In this document: positions 32,938 through 45,135 of the stretch, one piece after another
Position numbering within the stretch: position 1 is the stretch's first letter
Layout of the letters: every line of letters starts with the position of its first letter
NCBI GenBank assembly: GCA_964016885.1
Contig: OZ024740.1
Span: 86,428,001-86,492,000, forward strand
From: Eledone cirrhosa
Taxonomy: Eukaryota
Direction of reading: 5' to 3'
Length of the DNA: 64,000 nucleotides
Made by a program: the position numbers and the translations under genes
Notes under the pieces: model-generated
The model's input: only the letters and a program-made list of their open reading frames with translations
Databases searched by the model: none
Told to the model about the DNA's origin: nothing

Positions 32938-35619
32938 CTACTGTTCATATATCTTGAGAAAGGTCCCGGCTCTAAGGTGTCTGCATGTCCCGAAGAAGTC
33001 GGTTCTGAGGTTTATCAGGCCGCTTCCACCTCTTAGTATCTCGAGGGTCTCGTTCAGGCATAGTTTGCATATGCAAGATCCCCCTTTATCGGGTGGTACT
33101 TTCCTGATTATGTACCAGGCCAGAGAGTATGGGGTCCTGTCCAGCTTAAGCTTCCAGATCAAGTTGGAGAGAGCTGTGCTTTTCCTTTTGGCCTCCTTCT
33201 TGAATGAATGGCGATGGTTGTACCAGCGGTCTTTAAAGCTCGTTGATGTCGCTCCTATGTAGAGGTGTTCGGAGTTGGGCGTTTTAACCCTACAACCGTA
33301 TAGTAAGTTCTTCTTGAGGCATTCATTACCAAGGGGGCATGGTTCTGGGTTTCTGCAGTTGCAGAGGGTGGTCGGCCTCTGCGTGCCTAGATTAGGGTTC
33401 CCGTTATGTGTTACATGTTGGTCTTCACCCAGGCTCGGTGGGGGGGTCCTCGAGTCTGTTTGGGTTTCTTGGGTGGGCTCTGGGTCCCCCCCCTTCCCTC
33501 CTTTCACATGGTTCTGCTGAGTGTTTGTATTGCCATCTTCTAGTTATGTGTGGTTTTTAAGCCTACTTCTGTTGATGCTAGCTATATGTTGGGCCAAATT
33601 TCTCGTGGTGGAATACGAGAGCTTCACAGTGTGTCTGTTGAAGATCCTGTGGTATCTGTGGTCTCTCGGGAAGCATTTGTCAAGTGCTCCAAAGAATAAT
33701 AGGGCCAAGCTTTTCTTTAGGGCCGCTGAGTAGGGTGGGTTGTACCACGTGATTTTTTGGTGTCTCCTCCTATATGTGTGGGTCGGGAGCGTCGTGATTT
33801 GTTGGAGATTTGTTGGGTTGCTGGTGGTTTCCGCACTGTTGCTTCCCCTTTGGGCTCTATGCTTTTTGTTATCTTCGTGGCCCGAATTTGTGGGGTGGTC
33901 GTTGTCCGCCCCGGGAGATCCATCGTGGGGTGGTCACCCGTCCCCCCCCCCTACGTGTCCTGCGGTTGGTGTCGTCTGTCCTGGGTGGTTAGCGTCACGC
34001 CTGAGACTGCTACTCATATTGTGCTCCATCTCGTGGTCAAGCGCACTAGTCCCCACCGCCCGTGTGGTGGTGTCGGGCACATGGTGCCTATTTTATTCTG
34101 CTCTGCCTGTATTGTTAGGGCTCCCCCCCCCCCCGGCAACGTGGTTTTGGGTGACTGTTGGGCTATCCCCATCCCGGCTTTTCGGACTATATGTTATATT
34201 TTGGCCATGTGCCGCCTTCTTTAGAGCTGCGTTGTAATATTCCGCGTGGTTATTGAATATTTCCTTACTTGCGGACAGGCTGGAGATCCTGTCCGAGACA
34301 CTCTTCACCACTGCCTTGGTTATGGATCTAGGGTGGTTTGATTTGGCGTTAACATATATGAGTTTCTCGTTGGGCTTGTGGTAGGGGTAGTATTGCTCGG
34401 TGTTCAGGTTTAGGGTGGTGTCTAGGAAGTTAACTACCTTCCTATTTGGGTCTATTTCTATGCTGAGCCCCTGGTTCTTAAAGAAATGGCGAATACGCCT
34501 CCTCATACCCTCCAACATATTGTTGCTATGGTCATATACTGTGAATAGAGCATCGTCACGATATAATCCGCCGCCCAGGCAGGGGATTTCATCTTTTATC
34601 TGCTTCAGCAGGTAGAGCCCAACCAGGTCCGGTACCTGCGCAGAGTCGCTGTAGCCCATCATGATGTCAAAGTTATTTGGCCAATCACTCCTTGTCCAAA
34701 GGTCTCTATCGAAGCGGATTAAGGTCTTTCTTGCGGCGTGGATGATGCTCACCTCCTCTCGCGTTAGGTCCGTATTGGACATCGCTAAAAATAGGGCCTT
34801 ATTAAGTACTATGGGTGAGATTGAGGAGTAGTAGCTTGCGATGTCCAGTTGTATAAAGCTGGTCCTACTTTTCTCATGCAGTATTTTAAACCATTCTGTT
34901 ACTTCTCCCGTGCATGACTATTGCTGTAATTTAGTTTTCTTCCGAAGCTTGGGCAAAATCCTATCCAGTATTCTTTTACTGACGATCCCTAGGTCAGATC
35001 TGGAGGGGGCTATTAGTCTGACAGGGAGGTCGGACTCAAAGTTTGGCTTGTGGTCTTTAAGGGTAATCCGCGGCTCCCTTGGTTGGTATGGGGCCGTCCT
35101 CTCCTCTATGCCGATTCTGGATATAATCCTGTAAGCTGTGGCATTGATCTCATCCAGGGTAAATCCAGGTGTTTTTTTGTAGCACTTCCTCAGTTCCCTG
35201 AGGATTATCTTATTGTACAGTTCAGTGTTCATGTTGTAGAGGTTGTTTGTTTTGTCAGCATGGACAAGTATTCCAGTTGTCCCTTTAAGTACTGTAATCC
35301 GGTTTCTCAGGTGTCTGAGGTACTCCTGACTTCTGGTTGGGTTTCCGGAGAATTTGAGGTTGGATATGATGTTAATCATCTCGTTTTCAAACTCCTCCAT
35401 TAGTCTGCTGTGGGGGGGGGGGGGATTCCTCCTTGATCGAAAAAGGTACTCCATGTTTTGTGTGTTGGTAATTTTCTGCTTTCCTCTTTCGAAGTGGAAC
35501 GCCTTCCATCTCATCCTACGGACGAGGGAGTCCGTACTCTTGATGAGATCACTGGTGTATTCTCGTTTATCAGGTAGGGGGATGTCCTTCAGTGACGCTA
35601 AGGTTGCCAGTTTATCCAT
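32938..35619 (-). pseudogene. PLE polyprotein (RT plus GIY-YIG), disrupted
   Basis: SLKDIPLP, RMRWKA, ADKT, KDHK, FIQLDI, LYRDD, VNFLD, SNHP, WYNPPY, CNC..CPL, LYIGAT, CKLCLNE motifs. TAG at 34918, further stops and probable frameshifts near G/C homopolymers. Confidence 0.9.
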
Positions 35620-36096
35620 AGTGACTTAGGTCCGCTACTGTTTGAAGCGCTCAACCCGTGTGGGAGCTAGATAGATTTTGAGTTTATGTTGGTTGTATAC
35701 CAACACCTCAGTATGCAGACTGGAGCACTCGACGAAGTGCGCAGGTTGGTTTGGTTACTCCGGAGTAGTGTAAAATAAAGTTAAATAAAAAGTCAAATGA
35801 TTAAAATTTAGCTTCGTTTATTACTGCTATATATATTTCAGTGACAGCCATCTTTGACTGTGACCTCTTCAGGCAGTTTGAATTAGTATGGTATAGACAA
35901 GTACATATGTTGTTGAGGTGTATAATATTGTCAATACTCTGATATGCCCAGTTCCTGGTTGGGTTGTTATTTCACTGAGGAACTGGAACCATATGAATTC
36001 AAACAAACGAATTTCAGTGTCAAAGGTCCTCTTCTCCTCTCATTGGTCAGTTATTAGAACATTCCTCATTCTAAGTGTTGTTATTGTTGGAGTTAG

Positions 36097-36149
<53 letters not shown>

Positions 36150-36214
36150 TGGTGGAGAGAGAGATGTAAATGGGTGTACTTTGAGATGCGTGGTGTGTAA
36201 AGATGTGTAAAAAT

Positions 36215-36340
36215 GTGTTGTTGTCTCGCTTGAGTGTGTGTGTGTGTGCGTGTGTAGTTGCCTTGTTCCTCTGTATTGGCACAGAGGAACAAGGCAACTA
36301 CACACGCACACACACACACACTCGAGCGAGACAACAACAC
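36215..36340. repeat. Near-perfect ~60-bp-arm hairpin
   Basis: gtgttgttgtctcgc...ttcctctgt attggc acagaggaa...gcgagacaacaacac. Confidence 0.85.
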
Positions 36341-36359
36341 ACGCACACACACACAGTAA

Positions 36360-36841
36360 CATTTAACAAACAGGCAGAGAATGGACTGACAGCTAGCGCC
36401 ACCCCACTCCCTCATTCGGCCGCTGACCTCTGCCCGACCGATCCCATTTCACGCGCACGCGCGCTCTGCCGAATACCTCAGATATTCAAAACAACAAACA
36501 GCGGAGGACGCGTTTCGCACCTGTCCGACAGACAACCTTTACCGCGGAAAAAAACCCCAGTTGATGGATGTGATTCCGAAATATATAGGGACTATTAAAT
36601 CTCTCCCAAGGTAACTCTTTCTTGTGTTGTTATTTTAATTTTATCCTTTATACTCTTCCCTTCATTCTTCTACACATCTTATACACACCACGGCATCTCA
36701 ACGTACACCAACTTACATCTCTCTCTCCACCACCGGATCTTGTTACCCGGAGATTTACCCATTTGCATTGTTGAGGCTTCCAAACGACTTAAAGATATTT
36801 ATTTATTATTCCACAATGCTTTAAGCAAACTTCAATACACT

Positions 36842-36845
<4 letters not shown>
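36360..36845 (+). mobile_element. Non-coding element of the 8575-9117 family
   Basis: Shares ccccagttgatggatgtga, attaaatctctcccaaggtaactc and ttacccggagatttaccc. Confidence 0.7.
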
Positions 36846-36919
<74 letters not shown>

Positions 36920-37214
36920 GTCAATTAGATCCCTAGGGATTTTTGAACAAGTTGAATATATGTTATGTATACATATATATATATATAAATCTATATATGC
37001 ACACATATTACACGCACTCCCAGAAAAAGATGGGAAGAATGAGGTGCAGCAGAAATGAAATGTGGATTACAGGTTAAAATATAGTCTATATAGATGAGAA
37101 ATAAAACAAGGATGTAGTTTATGGAACACCCAAATGATTTAGAAGTCGACCTTAAGTAAGAGCAATAACATTAAGAAAGACATGTACGAAATCACATAAT
37201 TTTGTTTGGAAAAT

Positions 37215-37491
37215 TTGGAAAGTAGGTTTATAAATATGAATTTTCATAAGATTTCCGAAGTTGTCGCTGTGGCCCAGCGGTAGGTACTGGAGACCTTGGG
37301 TTCAATCCTGGTCAAGAGATACATGTAACCTTTCTCAGCTTTTAGTTTACATCCCATTGAAAAAAACTGATATGGTTTACCGGGAACCCTACGCCCGACC
37401 AGGATCATCACCGGCTATGGACCCTCCAACTAGGCCACCGAGACAGCTACGAAAGTATAATGAAAATTAATAATTATAAACCTACTTTCAA
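37215..37491. mobile_element. Imperfect palindrome with a tRNA-like Pol III head in each arm
   Basis: Arms ~37215-37313 and ~37397-37491. A-box tggcccagcgg and B-box ggttcaatcc on +. Confidence 0.6.
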
Positions 37492-37650
37492 AATCAATGT
37501 TAAAAAGATGTGGTGTCGTTCATGGCTTTCCTGGAGCTATTAGCCATGTTTAGGGTCGTCTTGTCAATCTTATGGCTCTTTGGTAGCAACCTATTATTCC
37601 TATGCGTGTTTAACTGTTGAATTAATTTCATTTGATTACTTTAACAAACA

Positions 37651-37691
<41 letters not shown>

Positions 37692-37740
37692 GCCAATCAT
37701 TGTAAGTTTGAATCTGACATGCATATACATATATATATAT

Positions 37741-38895
37741 AAGTATGTATACGTACATACATATATGTATACAGACGTACAGTAGTATGTATATATATAC
37801 ATACATGTACACATATATATATGTACGTATGGGTTTACCCAACATTTATTATAATGTTCGGTTTGTTTGTAAAGAAACATCCCGAATTACGCCGTACAGT
37901 GTTCGGCAACCATCGTTGCCCTTTTGTTCAACACTGACAAAGGAACGATGAACTAGTTTCAAGCTTATTAGCTATTATCAGCATCGTAAACCTTCCTGTC
38001 AGATGATTGAACGTTTGAAAGTATATACTTTCCTTATGCATATTAACTGCTGAGCAGCCTAATTTGCATATCGAGTGAGTTAGTCGGCCGGGCGTACCGA
38101 AAACGATAAATGGAAAAGAATGAAACGAAATTTCATTTCTCACTCTTAGTACGGCTGATACTTAAATATAACTATGTATACGTACATACATGTATGTATA
38201 CAGACGTACAGTAGTATGTATATATATATATACATACATGCACACATATATATATATATATATATGTGTACGTATAGGTTTACCGAACATTTATTATAAT
38301 GTTCGGTTTGTTTGGAAACAAACAGCCCGAATTACGTCGTACAGTGTTCGGCAACCATCGTTGCCCTTTTGTTCAACACTGACAAAGGAAAAATGAACTA
38401 GTTTCAAGCTTATTAGGTATCGTCAGTACCGTATACCTTCCTGTCAGATGATTGAACGTTTAAAAGTATATACTTTCCTTATGCATATTATGGTTGCCGA
38501 ACACTGTACGGCGTAATTCGGGCTGGTTGTTTACAAACAAACCGAACATTATAATAACTATTCGGTAAACCGATACATACATATATATATGTGGGCATGT
38601 ATGTATATATATACATACTACTGTACGTCTGTATACATATATGTATGTACGTATACATACTTATATTTAAGTATTAGCCGTAGTAAGAGTGAGGAATGAA
38701 ATTTCGTTTCATTCTTTTCCATTTATCGTTTTCGGTACGCCCGGTCGACTAACTCACTCGATATGCAAATTAAGCAGTTCAGCCGTTAATATGCATAAGG
38801 AAAGTATATACTTTCAAACGTTCAATCATCTGACAGGAAGGTATACGATGTTGACGATAGCTAATAAGCTTTAAACTAGTTCATTTGTTCCTTTA
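37741..38895. repeat. ~445-bp HHR-bearing unit, ~1.7 tandem copies plus one inverted copy
   Basis: HHR motifs at 37947-37985 (-), 38392-38430 (-) and a degenerate one at 38847-38885 (+). Confidence 0.85.
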
Positions 38896-39065
38896 TTGGA
38901 GAAGGTAAGATATATTTCCACAAAATTTGATTGCACTGTTTTGTTTCCACTTATGTATTTTTTGAAAATGTTATTTATTCATTATAAAAATGAATGATAG
39001 CATTATATATGTAAGTGGACCCCTTTCATCTCCCGGCAACCAATATTTTTAGATCCAGTCCGCCA

Positions 39066-39103
<38 letters not shown>

Positions 39104-39107
<4 letters not shown>

Positions 39108-39281
39108 AGTATGTCAAACATGTTAAATTTGGCTTCGTTCATTATAAATTCTCTGCTATATATATTTCATATGTTTGACTTACTTATTTTACATTACTCC
39201 CGAGAAAACCAACCAAACTGCGTACTTCGTCGAATTCTCTAACCTGCATACTGAGGTGTCGGTAAAAAACCAAAACATACT

Positions 39282-39285
<4 letters not shown>
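39104..39285. mobile_element. Rearranged remnant of a PLE related to 31632-36099
   Basis: 39130-39170 resembles the pLTR at 31665-31701; 39185-39285 resembles the reverse complement of 35678-35780. Confidence 0.65.
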
Positions 39286-39352
<67 letters not shown>

Positions 39353-39611
39353 AAATTAATAGTGATAACCAAGTTAGATTTATAGCGTAAAACACCCGAC
39401 CATACCCCAATATACTTTGAGCATCAGTCTGCTGGTCTACATATCTTCAGGAATACAAATATTGCCATAAGCATCAACATAAAAACATGCGAAAAGTAAC
39501 TTCATATTACAGATTATACTCATATCATATTAAATAGACAACAGCATGCAAAGAGTGAGTACATTTAAAAGCAAACACCAGATGAAAGCAATATATATAT
39601 ATATATATATA

Positions 39612-39998
39612 TCAGGGAGGGTAAAATGCCCGAGATCCATGGACAAGTTCTCTCCAGCGGTCTCTGTTTCTCATTATCGCTGCAATGTTCTGCGTCTCCA
39701 AGAGACCAGTGTCTGTCCTTAGGGCATCAACATATGTTAACCTCGGTCTTCCTCTTCCAGTGTGTCCATGGGGGGGGGGGGGCTCCCACAGGTGCACTGA
39801 GTGCAGGGTCAACTCTGGATGTCAGTGAGCATGTCCAGCTAACCTCAGTCACTTCTGTGTCACTTTCGAGCTGACTTCTGGGAGGCTCTCGTACAGCTCT
39901 GAGTTCTTCATTCTCAGTGTATACTGATTAATGTTCAGGGCCATCCTCAGCATTATCGTATAGCACCCATCCACCATCTGAGTGAGTTTCTTGGTCAG
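39612..39998 (-). pseudogene. 3' fragment of an RTE-clade LINE ORF
   Basis: MLRMALNI...LRLAGH...LWEP..HG...RGRPRLTYVDAL...MRNRDRWR. Confidence 0.8.
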
Positions 39999-40747
39999 TA
40001 TATATATATATATATTGGGTCATCAAGTATGAAATTTATAAAATTTGCTTTTCCTTTACAAATTTCTACCAAATTCATACTTGACGACCCAATACATAAT
40101 TAGGAGACGAAGCAAGTTAAATAGAATGGACGTAGTTTCGGCCGTTTCCTCACTCAATCAATGGCCAACTAAGTTCAAATTATTAAAACCCAGCCGGCCA
40201 GAGTTCACACTTACATTAATCAGTGAGGGAGACGACTTCGTGCAGGTAAGATGAAGCTGATACGGCATCCTGATTGCTATAACAGTTTCCACGGTCCGAA
40301 ACTGCTGGCCGTGCTCCGAAAGGTGCAGACATGTGTAGAAAATAGGTAATGATAGTACACATTACGTAAATTAGGCGTGGGTCCGTTTTGTCAGTGGAAG
40401 TTCGCCTCGCTGTTAAGGAAAGACAAAAATGGCGTGCTAGAACTCTCAGTTACTTGTAGCAACTGAAGGTGGCAGTAAACCCTTTAGCGGCGCGTGGCGT
40501 CACATCAAAGAGTAAGTAAGCCAGGTCTGACCAAGTACAGGGAATCACGTTGGCAAAAGATTCGCATACACATACTGTATATATGAAAATGTATATATAT
40601 ACACACATACATATATATATGTATGTATGTATCTATCTATCTACAAACACATACACGCACACATATATATACAGAAGCGAAAACCAACACAAACCAAACA
40701 GTGCAAACCAAACTGGCAATATTATAACAATATGACCCTCAACAAGT

Positions 40748-40829
<82 letters not shown>

Positions 40830-40830
<1 letters not shown>

Positions 40831-40834
40831 GTGT

Positions 40835-40883
<49 letters not shown>

Positions 40884-41503
40884 CGTGTGTGTGTGTATAT
40901 ATGTGTGCGTATGTATACATATATATATATACAGAGAGCAGAGCAAGCGCGCGCGAACGCGAAAGATAAACACATGTATACATACGCATGAGTATGTATA
41001 TATTTGTGTATAAGAAGAGATTTCCTTCGAAATATATTATATTAGATCATCCGTCTATTTCGACGATGAACATTCGAACAACTGGGTTTGAGTGTTCCAT
41101 AGACACGTGTACCAATTTAGAACAACTCAACTGTGATTGACTCACTAAATCCTGATACCCTTTCCTTCGCAAAGAAGAATGACGATTACCTACTCTCATT
41201 TGTTCGGGAGTCGATGACAATCCAATAAAGTCATCGTGTCTTTTCTCTCTCCGTATTGTATCTATAAATCGAAGATCGAACCTTGTTACATTTCATCACG
41301 CTGAATCACCCAGCGGGGTTTTAATGGTACACGTGTCAATGGAACACTCAAACCCAGTTGTTAGAATGTTCATCGTCGAAATAGACGGATGATCTAATAT
41401 AATATATTTCGAAGGAAATCTCTTCTTATACACAAATATATACATACTCATGCGTATGTATACATGTGTTTATCTTTCGCGTTCGAGCGCGCTTGCTCTG
41501 CTC

Positions 41504-41542
<39 letters not shown>

Positions 41543-41580
41543 ACATACGCACACATATATACACACACGAACACACACAC

Positions 41581-41667
<87 letters not shown>
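40830..41667. repeat. Foldback element, arms ~40830-41115 and ~41325-41667
   Basis: Reverse-complement arms that include microsatellite, with a ~210-bp spacer. Confidence 0.85.
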
Positions 41668-41669
<2 letters not shown>

Positions 41670-42026
41670 TGGGCAAGGAATAATGTAATTGTTATCGAGA
41701 AATGTCATTTATAATAATGGTATATGTATGTACATTTAATTCAGATAATTATTATTATTGTCACATGTAAGCTAAATCTAAGAAGAAACATTCTATGCCA
41801 CATGCCATCTCGAGAACAAGTCACGTCCTGAAGCGTAACATTCAATACTTTCCATATTCAACTGAACAAATGCAAAGCTGTAACCATTGATAGAGGATCA
41901 TGGGGAGCGACAATCTGGCATGGAAGACAGACATCTGCCGTGTGTTGCGTCATATAAATACATCGTCCGGATGGTTGCACGAATCAGCGTCGTCAGAACA
42001 CACGACAGCACAGAGCAACAATACTT

Positions 42027-42087
<61 letters not shown>

Positions 42088-42388
42088 GACCAGTATTTCC
42101 ACCATTACGACCATCACTACCACCATCTCCCCCACCACCATCACCACAACCATTATTTCGATACATACATCATGCATACATAGAGAGCTGCGATCAGTTG
42201 TTAAGTCAAAACACGCAATGTAAATAATTCGACTGAAATAATAATCTAATAATATAATATTCATTTCTCTATTGGCCAGAAGGATCCAAACATACAATAC
42301 AAAACATGACATACAAAAGAGATAACAGAACATATAATATTATATATACATATATATATATATATGTGTGTGTGTGTTCGTATGTGTG

Positions 42389-42439
<51 letters not shown>

Positions 42440-42442
<3 letters not shown>

Positions 42443-42691
42443 GTTATGTAATAAACAACATAAGATCATTATTTCATTTACCAGTGGTTTCTTGAAAGCA
42501 AACAAATCTGCTTTCAGTCGTCAGAATGAAAAAATCGTGGTGTTTTTATTGAATCTGGATTCGTTTTAAAATCCACATTCAATAAAAACACCAGGATTTT
42601 TTCATTCTGACGACTAAAAGCAGATTCGTTTACTTTCAAGAAACCACTGGTAAATGAAATAATTATCTTATGTTGTTTATTACATAACTAA
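42440..42691. mobile_element. Palindromic element (~122-bp arms) with a canonical HHR on each strand
   Basis: Near-perfect palindrome centred at ~42565. Confidence 0.88.
42600..42659 (+). ncRNA. Type I hammerhead ribozyme (mirror copy 42472-42531 on -)
   Basis: tttcatt-CTGACGA-ct(g/a)aaagca..t(g/a)ctttcaa-GAAA-CCACTGG-TA-aatgaaa. Confidence 0.85.
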
Positions 42692-42751
42692 TAAGCTCTG
42701 TAACCTACATAGAGCACTCTTTTTTCCTGGACCTTTCCGACAGAATTACTT

Positions 42752-42824
<73 letters not shown>

Positions 42825-42825
42825 C

Positions 42826-43444
42826 GTTTCTGAATTTGTTTAGCAAGATTCTTTATCTGAAAACGTGTGTTGAAACCGATATTGTTATACTTTGGGAGGG
42901 TCATGTTGTCAATAAGAAACACACGCACCAGTTGCTTTCACTCGAATTTATTATAAATTAAATTATAAGTTTAAGAAATTTATAAATTTCCGGTTGGTTG
43001 GTTCCACAACCGGACGGTTTTCATATATTGTCAAAGTTCTTTCGTCACACATTCTGTGACCTCATTAGTGACCAGGGATTCTTTTCTTTGTTTTGTGCCT
43101 CTCCTTTGTTCTGTCCTACACGTCTTGTTTTTGTGTGTTGTGTGCTTAGTTTGCGCATGTGTGACATCCGGGTGTCTGTATGTGTTTTTATTTGTTTATT
43201 TATTTGTTTATTTACATGTTGGTTGTTTGTTTTATGTGTGTGTGTTTTCATTTTGTACTTAATTGTAAGTTGTGATGTTGCTATTCCATTCATATTTTCT
43301 ATTTAATTTTGGTTGGAGTTCATTTATGTTTATTGCCTCCGGAAATTTATAAATTTCTTAAATTTATAATTTAATTTATAATAAATTGGAATGAAAGCAC
43401 TGGTGCGTGTGTTTCTTATTGGCAACATGACCCTCCCAAATTAT

Positions 43445-43452
<8 letters not shown>
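42826..43452. mobile_element. Foldback element (arms ~42873-42993 and ~43338-43452) with a degenerate HHR at 43030-43072 (-)
   Basis: gtca-CTAATGA-ggtcac..gtgac-GAAA-gaac-TT-tgac. Second family copy at 45136-45430. Confidence 0.7.
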
Positions 43453-43520
<68 letters not shown>

Positions 43521-43599
43521 TTAGTTATACTATTTATGGTTATGTAAATACAAAACCTTATGCAGTTATAAGTATTTTACACACACCCTAAATAGTGGT

Positions 43600-44182
43600 A
43601 GGCAGTAATGTATTACTACCTTATTACCAGTAAGTTAAGTAGCTCAATGTAAAAAACATCAGATGATTTACAGAGCAGTTATATGAAATATAAGAATCAA
43701 AGAACTGTTCAAAACATTATTGGGCTTACAGCTGTTTCCTCCAAACCGAGGTTTGGATTCTTCGGAGCAATTTATTAATGCATGGACAGTTATATGACCT
43801 CCTTTTCAGCCGAGAGACATACCGATACATATTCAAACATTGATACATATTCAAACATTGTGGGTCAACATTCATTACAGAATTTAGAGTGGCAGTACAC
43901 ACTTCGAGATTACATTTATATTAAGAGGTACAATCAAAAATCATAAATGTAATCTCGAAGTGTGTACTGCCACTCTAAATTCTGTAATGAATGTTGACCC
44001 ACAATGTTTGAATATGTATCAATGTTTGAATATGTATCGGTATGTCTCTCGGCTGAAAAGGAGGTCATATAACTGTCCATGCATTAATAAATTGCTCCGA
44101 AGAATCCAAACCTCGGTTTGGAGGAAACAGCTGTAAGCACAATAATGTTTTGAACAGTTCTTTGATTCTTATATTTCATATT
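43600..44182. mobile_element. Palindromic element (arms ~43680-43920 and ~43943-44182) with CCGAAGA-core HHR motifs at 43723-43769 (-) and 44093-44139 (+)
   Basis: tgct-CCGAAGA-atccaaac ctcg gtttggag-GAAA-CAGCTG-TA-agca; homologous to 684-1420. Confidence 0.8.
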
Positions 44183-44186
44183 TCAT

Positions 44187-44321
<135 letters not shown>

Positions 44322-44519
44322 ATATATATATACATAATACATATATACATATATTTTTCTTTCTTTCTTACCTTTCTCTCTCAAAGTATTCTTTCCATGT
44401 CGCGATGAGGCACCACTCTAAAAAGAGAACCCCCGACACGTTCCTAAAAGCATGTGAGGAGGAGGAGTTCTTATTACGAAGTCGAGGGATGTTCTGCCAG
44501 AACACTTTATTTGCTGATC

Positions 44520-44945
44520 TGAAGTCCGATACCAGCATAACCCCAGGGAAATAGGCTGAATTAAGTACAAGAATTGCAAGAGCTGGTGTAATAATGTGCC
44601 AGCATTTGGTAATCAGAAGAAGAAGGGTAAGTGTAAAATTTAAACTCGCTATCTTCAATTCGGTATTCGTGCCAAACCTCACCTATATGGGTAATGACCG
44701 AAAGAATACAATCGCAAATACAAGCGACCGGAATGGGATTCCTCCAGAGGATATTTGGAGTAACGTTACTCGATATAGTGTGTAACTCGGAGTGAGAATT
44801 GAGAGATCACAGCTCCGATACTATGGACTAGTGGTTAGAGTGTCTCAGTGATGAATCGAGCAAAAATAACCGACAGGAGACTCAGGGATAAACCTAAGTA
44901 AGATGGTTGGATAACATCCATGAGCTTGGATCGTCTCGCTTAGCA
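44520..44945 (+). pseudogene. Degenerate RTE (Expander-like) LINE 3' fragment
   Basis: ELSTRIARAG...KLAIFNSVFVPNLTY...QIQATGMGFLQRIFGVTLLD. Confidence 0.7.
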
Positions 44946-45135
44946 GGAATGAAGAACTTTTCCAAAAAATGCTCAGGGAGGGTACTGGTATAAACTCTGA
45001 TTCTGAAATCAAAGTTTTGATGGAGGATAAAGACTCTAGGAGGCAGAGAGTGAAAATTATAGTTTCGTCTATGGATGACTAATGATGAGGATGATATATA
45101 TATATATATATAGATATATATATATATATATATAC

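Larger units (their letters stand above)
31632..36099 (-). mobile_element. Near full-length Penelope-like element (Naiad-like) with direct pseudo-LTRs 31632-31960 and 35772-36099
   Basis: ~330-bp direct repeats flank a disrupted RT plus GIY-YIG ORF; inserted in (TA)n. Confidence 0.92.

Noticed and set aside
32740-32940. SECIS or selenocysteine recoding in the Naiad-like PLE
   Set aside because: The stops I traced are TAG and TAA rather than in-frame TGA, and the AUGA/GA hairpin downstream has the wrong topology for a SECIS.
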